Assembly (NCBI GenBank): GCA_012730105.1
Contig: JAAYBJ010000299.1
Span: forward strand, 1 to 14,811
Origin: Candidatus Hydrogenedentota bacterium
Lineage (GTDB): Bacteria; Hydrogenedentota; Hydrogenedentia; Hydrogenedentales; CAITNO01
DNA length: 14,811 bases
Direction of reading: 5' to 3'
Shown: one piece after another, positions 7,121-14,811 of the stretch
Layout: the number at the start of each line of letters is the position of its first letter
Numbering within the stretch: position 1 is the first letter of the stretch
Notes under the pieces: generated by a model
What the model was told of the DNA's origin: nothing
Database searches by the model: none
The model's input: the letters and a program-made list of their open reading frames with translations, nothing else
Position numbers and translations under genes: made by a program

Positions 7121-8491
7121 ATGCGCGAGTATGCCATTTTGCTGGATGCCAAAAAAATGCCGGATGCCTGGTATAACATATTGCCTGACATGCCCTCCCC
7201 GTCCGCACCGGTGTTGCATCCGGCAACGCAACAGCCGGTGTCTCCCGAAGACCTGGCGGCCATTTTCCCCATGGGTCTGATTGAACAGGAGATGAGCCCC
7301 AACCCGGAAATTTCCATACCGGGTGAGGTGATGGACCGTTACCTGATGTACCGGCCCACCCCGTTGCGCCGCGCGTACCGCCTGGAAGAAGAACTGAAGA
7401 CACCGGCCAAGATTTACTACAAGAACGAGAGCGTCACGCCTTCGGGCAGCCATAAGATCAATACCTCGATTGCGCAGGCCTATTACAACATGGTTGAAGG
7501 TGTGCATTCGCTCAGTACGGAAACCGGCGCCGGACAGTGGGGTACCGCCTTGTCCATTGCCTGTTCCATGTACAACATGCAGTGCAAGGTTTACATGGTC
7601 CGCGTCAGTTTCGAGCAGAAGCCTTACCGCAAGGGCTTCATGGAAGCCTTCGGCGCCACCGTAATAGCCAGTCCCAGTGATACCACGGAAGTCGGGCGTA
7701 AAATCCGCGAGGACAATCCGGGAACCACCGGCAGCCTTGGCATGGCCATTTCCGAGGCCGTTGAGGTCGCGGTGACCAGCGGCGGCAAGATCAAGTACAG
7801 CCTGGGCAGCGTGTTGAACCACGTCTGCATGCACCAGACCATCATTGGTGAGGAAGCCAAACTTCAGATGGACAGTGTGGGCGACTACCCGGACATCGTG
7901 ATCGGCTGCTGCGGCGGCGGGTCCAATTTCGCCGGTATTTCGTTCCCCTTCGTGAAGGACAAACTGAAGAAAGGGCTTAAGACCGAATTCATCGCCGTGG
8001 AACCGGCCGCGTGCCCGACCCTGACACGTGGACCCTATGCGTATGATTTCGGTGACACCGGGAAGCTGACGCCTTTGATGAAGCAGTATACCTTGGGCCA
8101 CAATTTCGTGCCGCCGGGCATTCACGCGGGTGGGCTGCGGTATCACGGCGTCGCACAGACGGTTGCCCACCTGAAGAAGGACGGGGTTATTGACGCGCGT
8201 GCCTTGTATCAGAATCCCTGCTTCAAAGCAAGCCTGTTGTTCGCCAAGTGTGAAGGCATTCTTCCCGCGCCGGAATCGGGACACGCGATATGCGCCGCAG
8301 TAGATGAGGCGGTTCGCTGCCGGGAAGCGGGAGAAAGCAAGACGATTCTCTTCAATCTGAGTGGTCACGGCCACTTCGACGTCGCGGCGTATGACGCTTA
8401 TCTGCGTGGTGACCTGCAGGACTACGATCTGGATGAGGAAATCCTTGAAAAAGGAAGACAAAGCATCCCGGACGTCAAAGAACCGGCATAA
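7121..8491 (+). CDS. trpB2: TrpB2-type tryptophan synthase beta-subunit paralog (PLP-dependent)
   Basis: 456 aa. N-terminal [12 protein letters not shown] and PLP-lysine motif [14 protein letters not shown], plus Gly-rich [10 protein letters not shown], are characteristic of the long TrpB2 clade. AAAGGA RBS is about 10 nt upstream. Confidence 0.88.
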   Translation: MREYAILLDAKKMPDAWYNILPDMPSPSAPVLHPATQQPVSPEDLAAIFPMGLIEQEMSPNPEISIPGEVMDRYLMYRPTPLRRAYRLEEELKTPAKIYYKNESVTPSGSHKINTSIAQAYYNMVEGVHSLSTETGAGQWGTALSIACSMYNMQCKVYMVRVSFEQKPYRKGFMEAFGATVIASPSDTTEVGRKIREDNPGTTGSLGMAISEAVEVAVTSGGKIKYSLGSVLNHVCMHQTIIGEEAKLQMDSVGDYPDIVIGCCGGGSNFAGISFPFVKDKLKKGLKTEFIAVEPAACPTLTRGPYAYDFGDTGKLTPLMKQYTLGHNFVPPGIHAGGLRYHGVAQTVAHLKKDGVIDARALYQNPCFKASLLFAKCEGILPAPESGHAICAAVDEAVRCREAGESKTILFNLSGHGHFDVAAYDAYLRGDLQDYDLDEEILEKGRQSIPDVKEPA

Positions 8492-8511
8492 GACCGACAC
8501 CCTGTTTTAAA

Positions 8512-9408
8512 CTATACGGTCGCGTTGGCCGCGTTGCGGCGCGCGGCCGTATAACTTTTCAAGGCCTCGCGCCAATCGGGCATGATGTCCAGCCCCGCTT
8601 CGCGGGCGTGCCGGTTGTCCAGCACGGTATAGGTTGGGCGTTTTACGCTCGACTGGAAATCGAGGCTTTTCGCCGGCACCAGGTGTACCCGCACCCCCAG
8701 TTCCTCAAAAATGGCCTCCGCGAATTCGTACCAGGAACAGGCGCCGCCGCAGGTGGCATGGTACAGGCCCGGTTCGGCGCGCTCCGCCAGCAGCCGGATT
8801 TGCGCGGCCAAAGATGCCGCGTAGGTGGGTGTGGTGAATTCGTCGTTGACCACTTTCACCTCCTGGCCGGTCGCCGCGAGGCCGAGCATGGTTTCGACAA
8901 AGTTGCGCCCGCCTTTCCCCCGGCACCGGGCGAGTCCGTACAGCGCCGCCGTCCGCACGATCAGGTGGTTGGCGCAGTGCGCCGCGACCAGGTATTCTCC
9001 CGCTAGTTTGCTGGCCGCGTACACATTCAGGGGCTTGGGCGGGTCTGATTCACAATAAGGAATGTTTCTCTCCCGTGAATCGCCGCCGAACACGTAATCG
9101 GTGCTGATATGGACCAGGCGCGCGCCCGTTTCCCGGCATGCCTGGGCCGCCCACATTGCCCCGGAGGCGTTCACGGCAAAGGACTGGTCGGGATGGGCCT
9201 CGCAGGAACGCAGTTCATGTTCCGCGGCCGTGTTGATGACGATCTCCGGTCGGAACTCGGATATGCATTTGAAGAGCGCTTTCCGGTCGCAGATGTCAAC
9301 CGTGCAGTGTCCGCCGCCGCGGTCGGCCTTTATCACCTCCGTGTCCTGAAATGCGGCGCACAGGGCGGTGCCGAGTTGGCCTTTGGCGCCGATGATCATT
9401 ACAACCAT
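8512..9408 (-). CDS. rmlD: dTDP-4-dehydrorhamnose reductase (RmlD)
   Basis: Rossmann N-terminus MVVMIIGAKGQLG and YAASK catalytic YxxxK. The ORF extends to 9465, but the upstream residues (MHAACPCAWPW...) look non-native, so the start is placed at ATG 9408. Confidence 0.85.
   Translation of the reverse strand: MVVMIIGAKGQLGTALCAAFQDTEVIKADRGGGHCTVDICDRKALFKCISEFRPEIVINTAAEHELRSCEAHPDQSFAVNASGAMWAAQACRETGARLVHISTDYVFGGDSRERNIPYCESDPPKPLNVYAASKLAGEYLVAAHCANHLIVRTAALYGLARCRGKGGRNFVETMLGLAATGQEVKVVNDEFTTPTYAASLAAQIRLLAERAEPGLYHATCGGACSWYEFAEAIFEELGVRVHLVPAKSLDFQSSVKRPTYTVLDNRHAREAGLDIMPDWREALKSYTAARRNAANATV
8513..8553. terminator. Near-perfect 12-bp inverted repeat TATACGGTCGCG...CGCGGCCGTATA between convergent trpB2 and rmlD, overlapping the rmlD 3' end; candidate bidirectional terminator
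   Basis: Seen in sequence. Only 20 nt separate the two stop codons, so any terminator must overlap coding sequence. Confidence 0.35.
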
Positions 9409-9572
9409 GATTTCGCATACCTTCCATAGGTTCCACGGCCAAGCGCACGGACAGGCCGCGTGCAACGATTTATTGTAGCATATTCATCACGCGGGGATTT
9501 CTAGACGGGCTGGAAGATCGCGGAGAGCTGGAAATATTACTTAGACGGAGCGCGCGAAGTTGATGAGCCCGC

Positions 9573-10577
9573 TTATTTCCCGCTGCTGATGAGCACGGGC
9601 ATCGGTTTCTGAAGACCGTTTGCGGGGCTGTTGCGGTATTCTGCGCCGTCGGGGAGTGCGACGCAATACCCTGTGCCCGCGTGCGCTTTGCCGCGCGGGA
9701 AATCCGTGCTGATGATGTGCGCTCCGCTGGCGAAAGCGGTATCGCGGTTTCTGGTATTGCCCGTTTGGCCTTCGTCCAGACCGGCATCCGCACGAACGCG
9801 AATGATCATGCCTTTGGCGATATATTCCGGTATTTTGTCCGAGTGGGGATTGTCCACCACGGAGAAGGCGCCGTCAGGCCGGTCCGGCGAAGAATTGACA
9901 AACATGATCCTGCCTTCCAGGGAAGGGCGTCCTTGCGTGTAGGCCTGGCGCAATTCGTTGCGATTGTGCACAATGAAATACAGTTTGCCCCGACTTTCCT
10001 CCAGGGACGGCCAGCCTTGTTTTTGTACCGCCGCCGAAAGGGTCGGAAAATCGCCGCGCACGTCATCCGGGGTCAGTATCTGTTCCCGGGGCACTACGGA
10101 CAGGATCTCCTCTTCCAGCATTTCCAGCATGGCCGCATCGGCGTCGAGCAGGGGCTTTCCGGCCAGCAGCGATTCCACCAGTTTGAATTCCAGCAGGAAA
10201 CTGATCGGCACGTGGTTCGGGTGCTGTTGAGACCAGGCCAATACCGTTGCCACACAGTCACGGAAGATGGGGCAGGTGCTCCCGTCGTCCAGAATAGGTA
10301 CATGATAGACGTGAAACCCGTCCGCGAAAGGCTGAATATCCAATTCAAAACTGCGCACCCCGTTATCCAGCTGCACGTCCAGCGGGTCATGGCTGTATTT
10401 CATGGTGTCCGCCTCGCGGGTCACCGAAGCCGCCGTTTCCAGCATGATCGCGTCCGGGTGCAGATGGTAACTGTTATGGGTGCCGATGACCTGAATCTGA
10501 TTTAAACGAAGAGCGGGCGTGCCGGCAAAAACGGATAATCCAGAGGTTAACAAAAGAAACACTAAAATATTTCGCAT
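9573..10577 (-). CDS. Secreted PLC-like phosphodiesterase (Ca-dependent PI-PLC X-domain-like)
   Basis: Signal peptide MRNILVFLLLTSGLSVFAG followed by IQVIGTHNSYH, the catalytic His motif of PI-PLC-like phosphodiesterases. Start trimmed from 10670 to the Met preceding the signal peptide. Confidence 0.6.
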   Translation of the reverse strand: MRNILVFLLLTSGLSVFAGTPALRLNQIQVIGTHNSYHLHPDAIMLETAASVTREADTMKYSHDPLDVQLDNGVRSFELDIQPFADGFHVYHVPILDDGSTCPIFRDCVATVLAWSQQHPNHVPISFLLEFKLVESLLAGKPLLDADAAMLEMLEEEILSVVPREQILTPDDVRGDFPTLSAAVQKQGWPSLEESRGKLYFIVHNRNELRQAYTQGRPSLEGRIMFVNSSPDRPDGAFSVVDNPHSDKIPEYIAKGMIIRVRADAGLDEGQTGNTRNRDTAFASGAHIISTDFPRGKAHAGTGYCVALPDGAEYRNSPANGLQKPMPVLISSGK

Positions 10578-10811
10578 AACGGCGCAGTTTCCCTTAAACG
10601 AGTTAATAACACAGTGCGGCCGAGCCATAACTAAAGGGCCTTTTTGTGACTTCTGCGCATTTTGTGGCAAGCAGTGTTTTCAAAAAAATCGCCACAAAGT
10701 CGCATAAAACACAAAAGATTCTGTTGGGCTAAGTTCTTTCGAATACTATTAAGAATTGACAGGACCGCAAAGTATTTCGTTCTTTAGACTCGCATTTTCT
10801 TCATCCGGTTT

Positions 10812-12665
10812 TTACTTCGCCAGTTTTTCGATGACCCTTGCGATACGGGTGCGCTGTTTTTCGATGGGCGCGGGATCCTTGGTATAGGTGCGTGCGTCGC
10901 GGGCAATGGCTTCGGGCACTTCCAGCAAGTTGCGGTAGCGGGCCTTTTCCTGTTCAGACAGGCCGTTAGCAGGATTGTCGAGTGCCTGTTTCAGCAGGAC
11001 GAGGTACTCGTAGTCCTCGACACCGTCGCGCAGCATTTCCCAGCGGATACTGTCCACCGGTCCGTCCAGCACGGGCCGGGCGGGCTGGGCGTCAGCCGCG
11101 GCCTCCGGCGGATACATGAAGCGACCGTCCCCGTTGCCCCAGGGCCGCTTTTCACCGGGCTTGGTGCCGTATCCGGTCATCCAGGACATGGTGTCCTCAT
11201 AGGGGTTCTGGGGCTGGTCCGGGTAGGCCATGCCCGTGGTCCAGAGGTTTGAGTGCCAGATCAGGATGCCTTCGATGCCGTACATCCACGTTTGCCAGAG
11301 CCAGGCGCGCAGGTCCGTGGCGGGGTGGTCGATGAACAGGCCAGGGTAGGGTTTCTTGGGGACCGTGCACACATACCACCAGAAATGTTCGCCGGCGTTC
11401 CGGCGCGCTTCCGCCTTTTCGTGGTTATAGGCGGAAATCAGGGGACACCACAGGTTCGGCCCGCCGATGAGGCCGGGCTCTATCTGTTCGGTGAGCATGA
11501 GCGCGATGTCGGGTACGGCCGCCTGGAGTTGCCGGAAGCCCTGCATGACCGCAGGGTAGTCCGACTCCGCCGGTTCGTCATACCAGTAGATATACGCTTC
11601 GTCCAGCAAGCCCTTTTCACGCAGATGCTCCTGCACGGTGTTGCCGTAGGTGTTGAAGGCCAGTTCATATTCGCGGGAGCCCGCCGGAAACCCTTGGTAT
11701 TCGCCCGCATTAATGCCGGGAATGCCGAGGCGGAAGGAATTGAAATGGAAGGTGTCAAAGGTGCGCTGCATTTCCCGGTCCCAGTCCGCCCAGTCGATTG
11801 CGGGGGTCAGGGCGTTTTCCTGGAACAGCCTGGCGTCTTCCGGGGATAGCCCGGCGCAGGCTTCCGGCGCGCGTTTGGTCCAGGACACGGCCGGGGAGAT
11901 GCCCGGGGTGGAACAATAGGGGGTGATGCGATGGTCGCGGAAACTTGCCCAGTACTTGTCCAGCACGAGGCGCCGCGCTTCGGGGTCGATGAGTCCCTGG
12001 TACTGGTACACGGTGTTCGCATTAAAGCCGAAGGCCGTGGTGCAGGAGGCGCGATCCGGCAGTTCAAAGCCGTACACCCGCACGCGCAGGGGGATATCGG
12101 CGGCAAAGCCGTTGGCCCGCAGGGCGATCGTTCCCTCATAAACGCCGGATGGAACCTCCTTGGGGGCATAGACCCGAATCCAAAGGGGCTGGTTCTTGTT
12201 CGCGCTGAGGGCGAGCGGCCCCTGGAACGGGGGCAGCGGATCCGGCCACGGCGCGGATGCGCCCCAGCCGTCCGAAGGACGCTCCACGGTCACATACCGC
12301 ACCCGCAGCACTTCCACGCACTCCGCCGGAATCTGGCTGCCGCCGGGGCCGGTCAACGGTCCCGCCGTTGCCGTAAACCCCGTGAGATCGCTGCAGGGTT
12401 GAACGACCAACTGCGCGGCTTCCCGTTCATTCCGTGCCAGTTCAATCCACACGGCTTTGCCCGTCCGGGTCGGCACGGCGCGGTCCCGGGCCACCTTCCA
12501 GCCTGAAGAGGCCCACCATAGCGCCACGGTGTCGGAACCGCTTTCCAGCCGTTCCCCATAGTCTTCTGAAAAAAGGATGCACGGTTCCGTGTGCCGAGCG
12601 CCGAAAGCCGCGCCGCCGAGCACTGCCAGAAAAACACATCCCCATAAGCAAGGTTTAGACAACAT
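10812..12665 (-). CDS. Secreted DUF4091/GH123-like putative glycoside hydrolase
   Basis: Signal peptide MLSKPCLWGCVFLAVLGGAAFGA. AGGAGA RBS is 7 nt upstream of ATG 12665. Trp-rich catalytic-domain-like region (YWYDEP, WWYVCTVP) resembles the DUF4091/GH123 family. The family assignment is from memory and moderate. Confidence 0.6.
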   Translation of the reverse strand: MLSKPCLWGCVFLAVLGGAAFGARHTEPCILFSEDYGERLESGSDTVALWWASSGWKVARDRAVPTRTGKAVWIELARNEREAAQLVVQPCSDLTGFTATAGPLTGPGGSQIPAECVEVLRVRYVTVERPSDGWGASAPWPDPLPPFQGPLALSANKNQPLWIRVYAPKEVPSGVYEGTIALRANGFAADIPLRVRVYGFELPDRASCTTAFGFNANTVYQYQGLIDPEARRLVLDKYWASFRDHRITPYCSTPGISPAVSWTKRAPEACAGLSPEDARLFQENALTPAIDWADWDREMQRTFDTFHFNSFRLGIPGINAGEYQGFPAGSREYELAFNTYGNTVQEHLREKGLLDEAYIYWYDEPAESDYPAVMQGFRQLQAAVPDIALMLTEQIEPGLIGGPNLWCPLISAYNHEKAEARRNAGEHFWWYVCTVPKKPYPGLFIDHPATDLRAWLWQTWMYGIEGILIWHSNLWTTGMAYPDQPQNPYEDTMSWMTGYGTKPGEKRPWGNGDGRFMYPPEAAADAQPARPVLDGPVDSIRWEMLRDGVEDYEYLVLLKQALDNPANGLSEQEKARYRNLLEVPEAIARDARTYTKDPAPIEKQRTRIARVIEKLAK

Positions 12666-12944
12666 AATCTTTCTCCTGGTTGAAAACAAGCCTTTATATA
12701 CTTGACCGGATTTCGGGAAGGAAAGATTCAAGAAATGAGCCATAAAGGTATTCAGGGATAGTCCTTCATGAGGCCCCGCAGTTTTCCCGTAAAGGAAGAA
12801 AATGTAGACGCGGCATTCTTGGCGCGTTGGAAGTGGCTGGAAGCCGTTTCTACATTCATTGAGTACAACATTTTTATTTACGGTGAGTTAGATAAATTAT
12901 CGAGGATGCCGCGGACAGGCACCAGCGCGTTATGGCGGGTCGTC

Positions 12945-12970
12945 TGGTTCCCAAATTCCTATTTGGGAAC
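12945..12970. repeat. Perfect hairpin GGTTCCCAAAT-tcct-ATTTGGGAACC (copy 1 of a GTTCCCAA palindrome family)
   Basis: Seen in sequence: 11-bp stem, 4-nt loop. Confidence 0.7.
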
Positions 12971-13032
12971 CGCCTTTGCACACGGTCAATACACATAGCA
13001 TTCCGGGAACCGTGGAGAAGGGACGAAAGAGA

Positions 13033-13082
13033 GAAATGGAATTTCAAGAGAGAGTGGGTTCCCAAATAGGAATTTGGGAACC
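13033..13082. repeat. 21-nt direct repeat GAAATGGAATTTCAAGAGAGA (second copy 13313-13333) immediately followed by hairpin GGTTCCCAAAT-agga-ATTTGGGAACC (inverted orientation of copy 1)
   Basis: Seen in sequence. The loop agga is the reverse complement of tcct in copy 1. The direct repeat recurs 280 bp downstream as GAAATAGAATTTCAAGAGAGA. Confidence 0.7.
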
Positions 13083-13210
13083 AGGGAAAACGAAAAACGT
13101 CGCGAAAGAAGTTTCGTGCAAAATTGCAGATGCTGGCGCAGTGGCTGCGGTACAATTGCATATTCCGCGCGCGAGCGCCTGATTTGGTCTATGCGAGCGG
13201 GTTGCTTTAC

Positions 13211-13241
13211 GCTCGTTCCCAAGTTGCACTTGGGAACGAGC
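13211..13241. repeat. Related perfect palindrome GCTCGTTCCCAAGT-tgca-ACTTGGGAACGAGC
   Basis: Seen in sequence: 14-bp stem sharing the GTTCCCAA/TTGGGAAC core with the other two hairpins. Confidence 0.65.
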
Positions 13242-13312
13242 TTGCCCGCGAAGTTTTACTTCGCAACCCTGGTAAAGCGCCGGAATACACCGGTCGGACC
13301 GTTGCGAAAAGG

Positions 13313-13399
13313 GAAATAGAATTTCAAGAGAGAAAAAACTCATAATTCGTAATCGAGTTTCTATTGCGTTTTTTGTCGATTACGAGTCACGAGCACGAG
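13313..13399. repeat. Second copy of 21-nt direct repeat (13313-13333) followed by dyad ATTCGTAATCGAG/TCGATTACGAG and the TCGATTACGAG-TCACGAGCACGAG motif shared with the glyA-upstream palindrome
   Basis: Seen in sequence: 11+13 nt identical to positions 359-369 and 376-388, with a 6-nt indel between the two blocks. Confidence 0.6.
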
Positions 13400-13491
13400 T
13401 CGCGAAGGCGAAATACTAGGGGCGTCGGGTTGCGGGCAACCATGCGTTGCTTATGTAACGCCTCCTCGGAATCCCAAGGTGGGCAACCCCG

Positions 13492-13830
13492 CTATTCCTC
13501 CGTCGGGGGCATGCGGAGTTGTTTTATTCTGCTGCGCAACTGCTTGCTGCGCAGGCGCTTGGCCTTTGCCGAACGGCTCGGCCGCGTGGGGACGCGTGGT
13601 TCCGGGACCTGCCGCAAAGCTTCCAACCGCCGCAACAGTTCTTCGTAGGCCGCTTCTTTATTCTTTAACTGTGACCGTGAACCGGTCCGCACCACCACAA
13701 TGCCGGTAGGCAAATGCCGCAGACGCACGGCCGAATCGGTCGTATTCTTCTTCTGTCCCCCGGGCCCATGGCTGCGGAAGAAGGTGTATTCCAAGTCTTG
13801 TTCTTGAGGTATGTTTGTGTCGGCACCCAT
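13492..13830 (-). CDS. arfB: Alternative ribosome-rescue factor ArfB (YaeJ-like peptidyl-tRNA hydrolase, GGQ motif)
   Basis: FFRSHGPGGQKKNTTDSAVRLRH GGQ domain, followed by a basic C-terminal tail RVPTRPSRSAKAKRLRSKQLRSRIKQLR matching the ArfB consensus tail (...RPTRPTRASKERRL..K..). Confidence 0.8.
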   Translation of the reverse strand: MGADTNIPQEQDLEYTFFRSHGPGGQKKNTTDSAVRLRHLPTGIVVVRTGSRSQLKNKEAAYEELLRRLEALRQVPEPRVPTRPSRSAKAKRLRSKQLRSRIKQLRMPPTEE

Positions 13831-13944
13831 TAAAGCGTCCCGTTTCCTGGCGGTGGCTGGCTGAAATCGACAGAGATCAATGAATCAAATAAAAAGGCTC
13901 CGGAACTCACCCAATCATGTCCACGGGATGGTAGGTTGCTGCAA

Positions 13945-14154
13945 TTACACCGCACGCAAGACAGCCTCCAGCGGCTTTTCCTTGTTGAATTGGCTTACAC
14001 CCAGAATGCTGAATCCCAGGATGTGGCCATCCTTGTCCACACGTTCCATAACGGCATCGTGCTCGGTTTCGGTCATATATCCGGCGCCATCACGAAAGAT
14101 CACCTCAAGATAATCCGCCTCGGCATCATACCAGACTTTTACGGTATCGGCCAT
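13945..14154 (-). CDS. DUF2283 family small protein (putative antitoxin partner)
   Basis: 69 aa with VWYDAEADYLEVIF start typical of DUF2283/YuzE-like proteins. Overlaps the upstream gene by 16 nt. Confidence 0.6.
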   Translation of the reverse strand: MADTVKVWYDAEADYLEVIFRDGAGYMTETEHDAVMERVDKDGHILGFSILGVSQFNKEKPLEAVLRAV

Positions 14155-14450
14155 AACGTTTCTCCCTGTTTTATTTTGTCCGTCAAATACGCCGTAACGA
14201 CAAATGTGTCGGTTCCCTCAAATTTGGTCACCACACATAACCATTTGTCGCCCACCCTTGTGGCACGGTAATAGCGGTAAAAGAGAGCCACCCGACTGTC
14301 CGTTCGGGACCGTTGCACAACTTCCGGTGCCTCAAGTACGACACCTATCTCCGCTTCCAGATCAACCATTTCCGGATGCAGGCGTATATGCTCCAGCCTT
14401 TCGGCTGTAAAACGAACATTATTTCCGAAACAATCCCTGAAGAAATTCAT
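14139..14450 (-). CDS. DUF4258 family protein (putative toxin partner)
   Basis: About 103 aa from ATG 14450 (MNFFRDCFGNNVRFT...). The ORF track starts at 14480 with TTG; the start is uncertain. The conserved RL.HI motif region (AERLEHIRLHPEM) resembles DUF4258. 16-nt overlap with the downstream DUF2283 gene. Confidence 0.55.
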   Translation of the reverse strand: MNFFRDCFGNNVRFTAERLEHIRLHPEMVDLEAEIGVVLEAPEVVQRSRTDSRVALFYRYYRATRVGDKWLCVVTKFEGTDTFVVTAYLTDKIKQGETLWPIP

Positions 14451-14811
14451 CGTGTTCTGAGCCAATAATGCCTGTAACAATGCTTACCGTCATTGTATCA
14501 CGTTGTAAATCATGGTCGCCAATGAAGGCGCGAAAAAATAAATTGGGAACCAAGGGCAAGTACCTTGATTTTCACGGATCAAGCGGGAGTAGAAAGATAA
14601 GGGTGCCTGCCGCCATTACCCATTTCGCCACCTAAATTGAGAGCACGAAACCGGTTGCTGTACCATAAAGACTCGGGTGTCGGTAACTAACGTGGGCGTT
14701 GCCCACAACCCAGAAGATCCTCCGTTGAGATGAATTGATGCGCCGCCATGTCCCAGAATATGGTTTTTCCACAAAAACCCGACAAAAAGGACAGACGGCG
14801 CATGAATATGA

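Noticed and set aside
8512-12743. Longer N-terminal versions of the rmlD (to 9465), PLC-like (to 10670) and DUF4091 (to 12743) ORFs.
   Set aside because: The upstream extensions precede a clear Rossmann N-terminus or signal peptides and lack RBSs. Internal ATGs with RBS-like sequences (AGGAGA before 12665) give canonical N-termini.
12945-13333. Possible CRISPR array.
   Set aside because: Only two or three repeat copies with irregular spacing and mixed orientations. The repeats are near-perfect palindromes unlike typical CRISPR repeats. No cas genes are present.
12768-13345. Small ORFs (76, 68, 81, 73 aa) inside the repeat-rich intergenic region.
   Set aside because: Their translations are dictated by the palindromic and direct repeats (for example EMEFQER/EIEFQER from the 21-nt repeat, FPNSYLGT from both strands of the hairpin). 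They lack RBSs and the codon bias differs from flanking genes.
359-13399. R1/R2 shared motif as terminal repeats of a ~13-kb mobile element.
   Set aside because: The copies are in direct orientation. The intervening genes are housekeeping (glyA, rmlD, arfB). No integrase, transposase or tRNA target is present. A dispersed repeat or regulator-site interpretation is more parsimonious.
14748-14811. Possible gene start (ATGTCCCAGAATATG...) running off the right edge.
   Set aside because: Only about 20 codons are visible, with no RBS or recognisable motif, so it cannot be supported.

Overview
This is a GC-rich (~58%) bacterial chromosomal window, mostly housekeeping and cell-envelope genes with short gaps. 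On the plus strand it carries an unusually long serine hydroxymethyltransferase (glyA, 508 aa), a CoA-binding protein, a membrane-anchored PP2C Ser/Thr phosphatase, and a large outer-membrane beta-barrel gene behind a perfect TTGCTA-17-TATAAT promoter. It then carries a two-gene Family 1 encapsulin nanocompartment operon. The cargo is an encapsulated ferritin-like protein with a C-terminal GSLK-type targeting peptide, and the HK97-fold linocin-type shell gene starts 2 nt downstream. A TrpB2-type tryptophan synthase beta paralog follows directly after the shell gene. On the minus strand are dTDP-4-dehydrorhamnose reductase (rmlD) and two secreted enzymes, a Ca-dependent PI-PLC-like phosphodiesterase and a DUF4091/GH123-like putative glycosidase. 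Further along the minus strand are the ribosome-rescue factor ArfB and an overlapping DUF4258/DUF2283 pair that looks like a toxin-antitoxin module. Two non-coding stretches stand out. The 825-bp gap at 12666-13491 is packed with a family of GGTTCCCAAAT hairpins and 21-nt direct repeats. A ~24-nt motif (TCGATTACGAG..TCACGAGCACGAG) embedded in a ~78-nt palindrome upstream of glyA recurs at 13376-13399. I found no tRNA, rRNA, CRISPR array, integrase or transposase. The encapsulin operon and its TrpB2 neighbour are the most notable system. The repeat families and the putative TA-arfB locus are the most likely places for undescribed elements.
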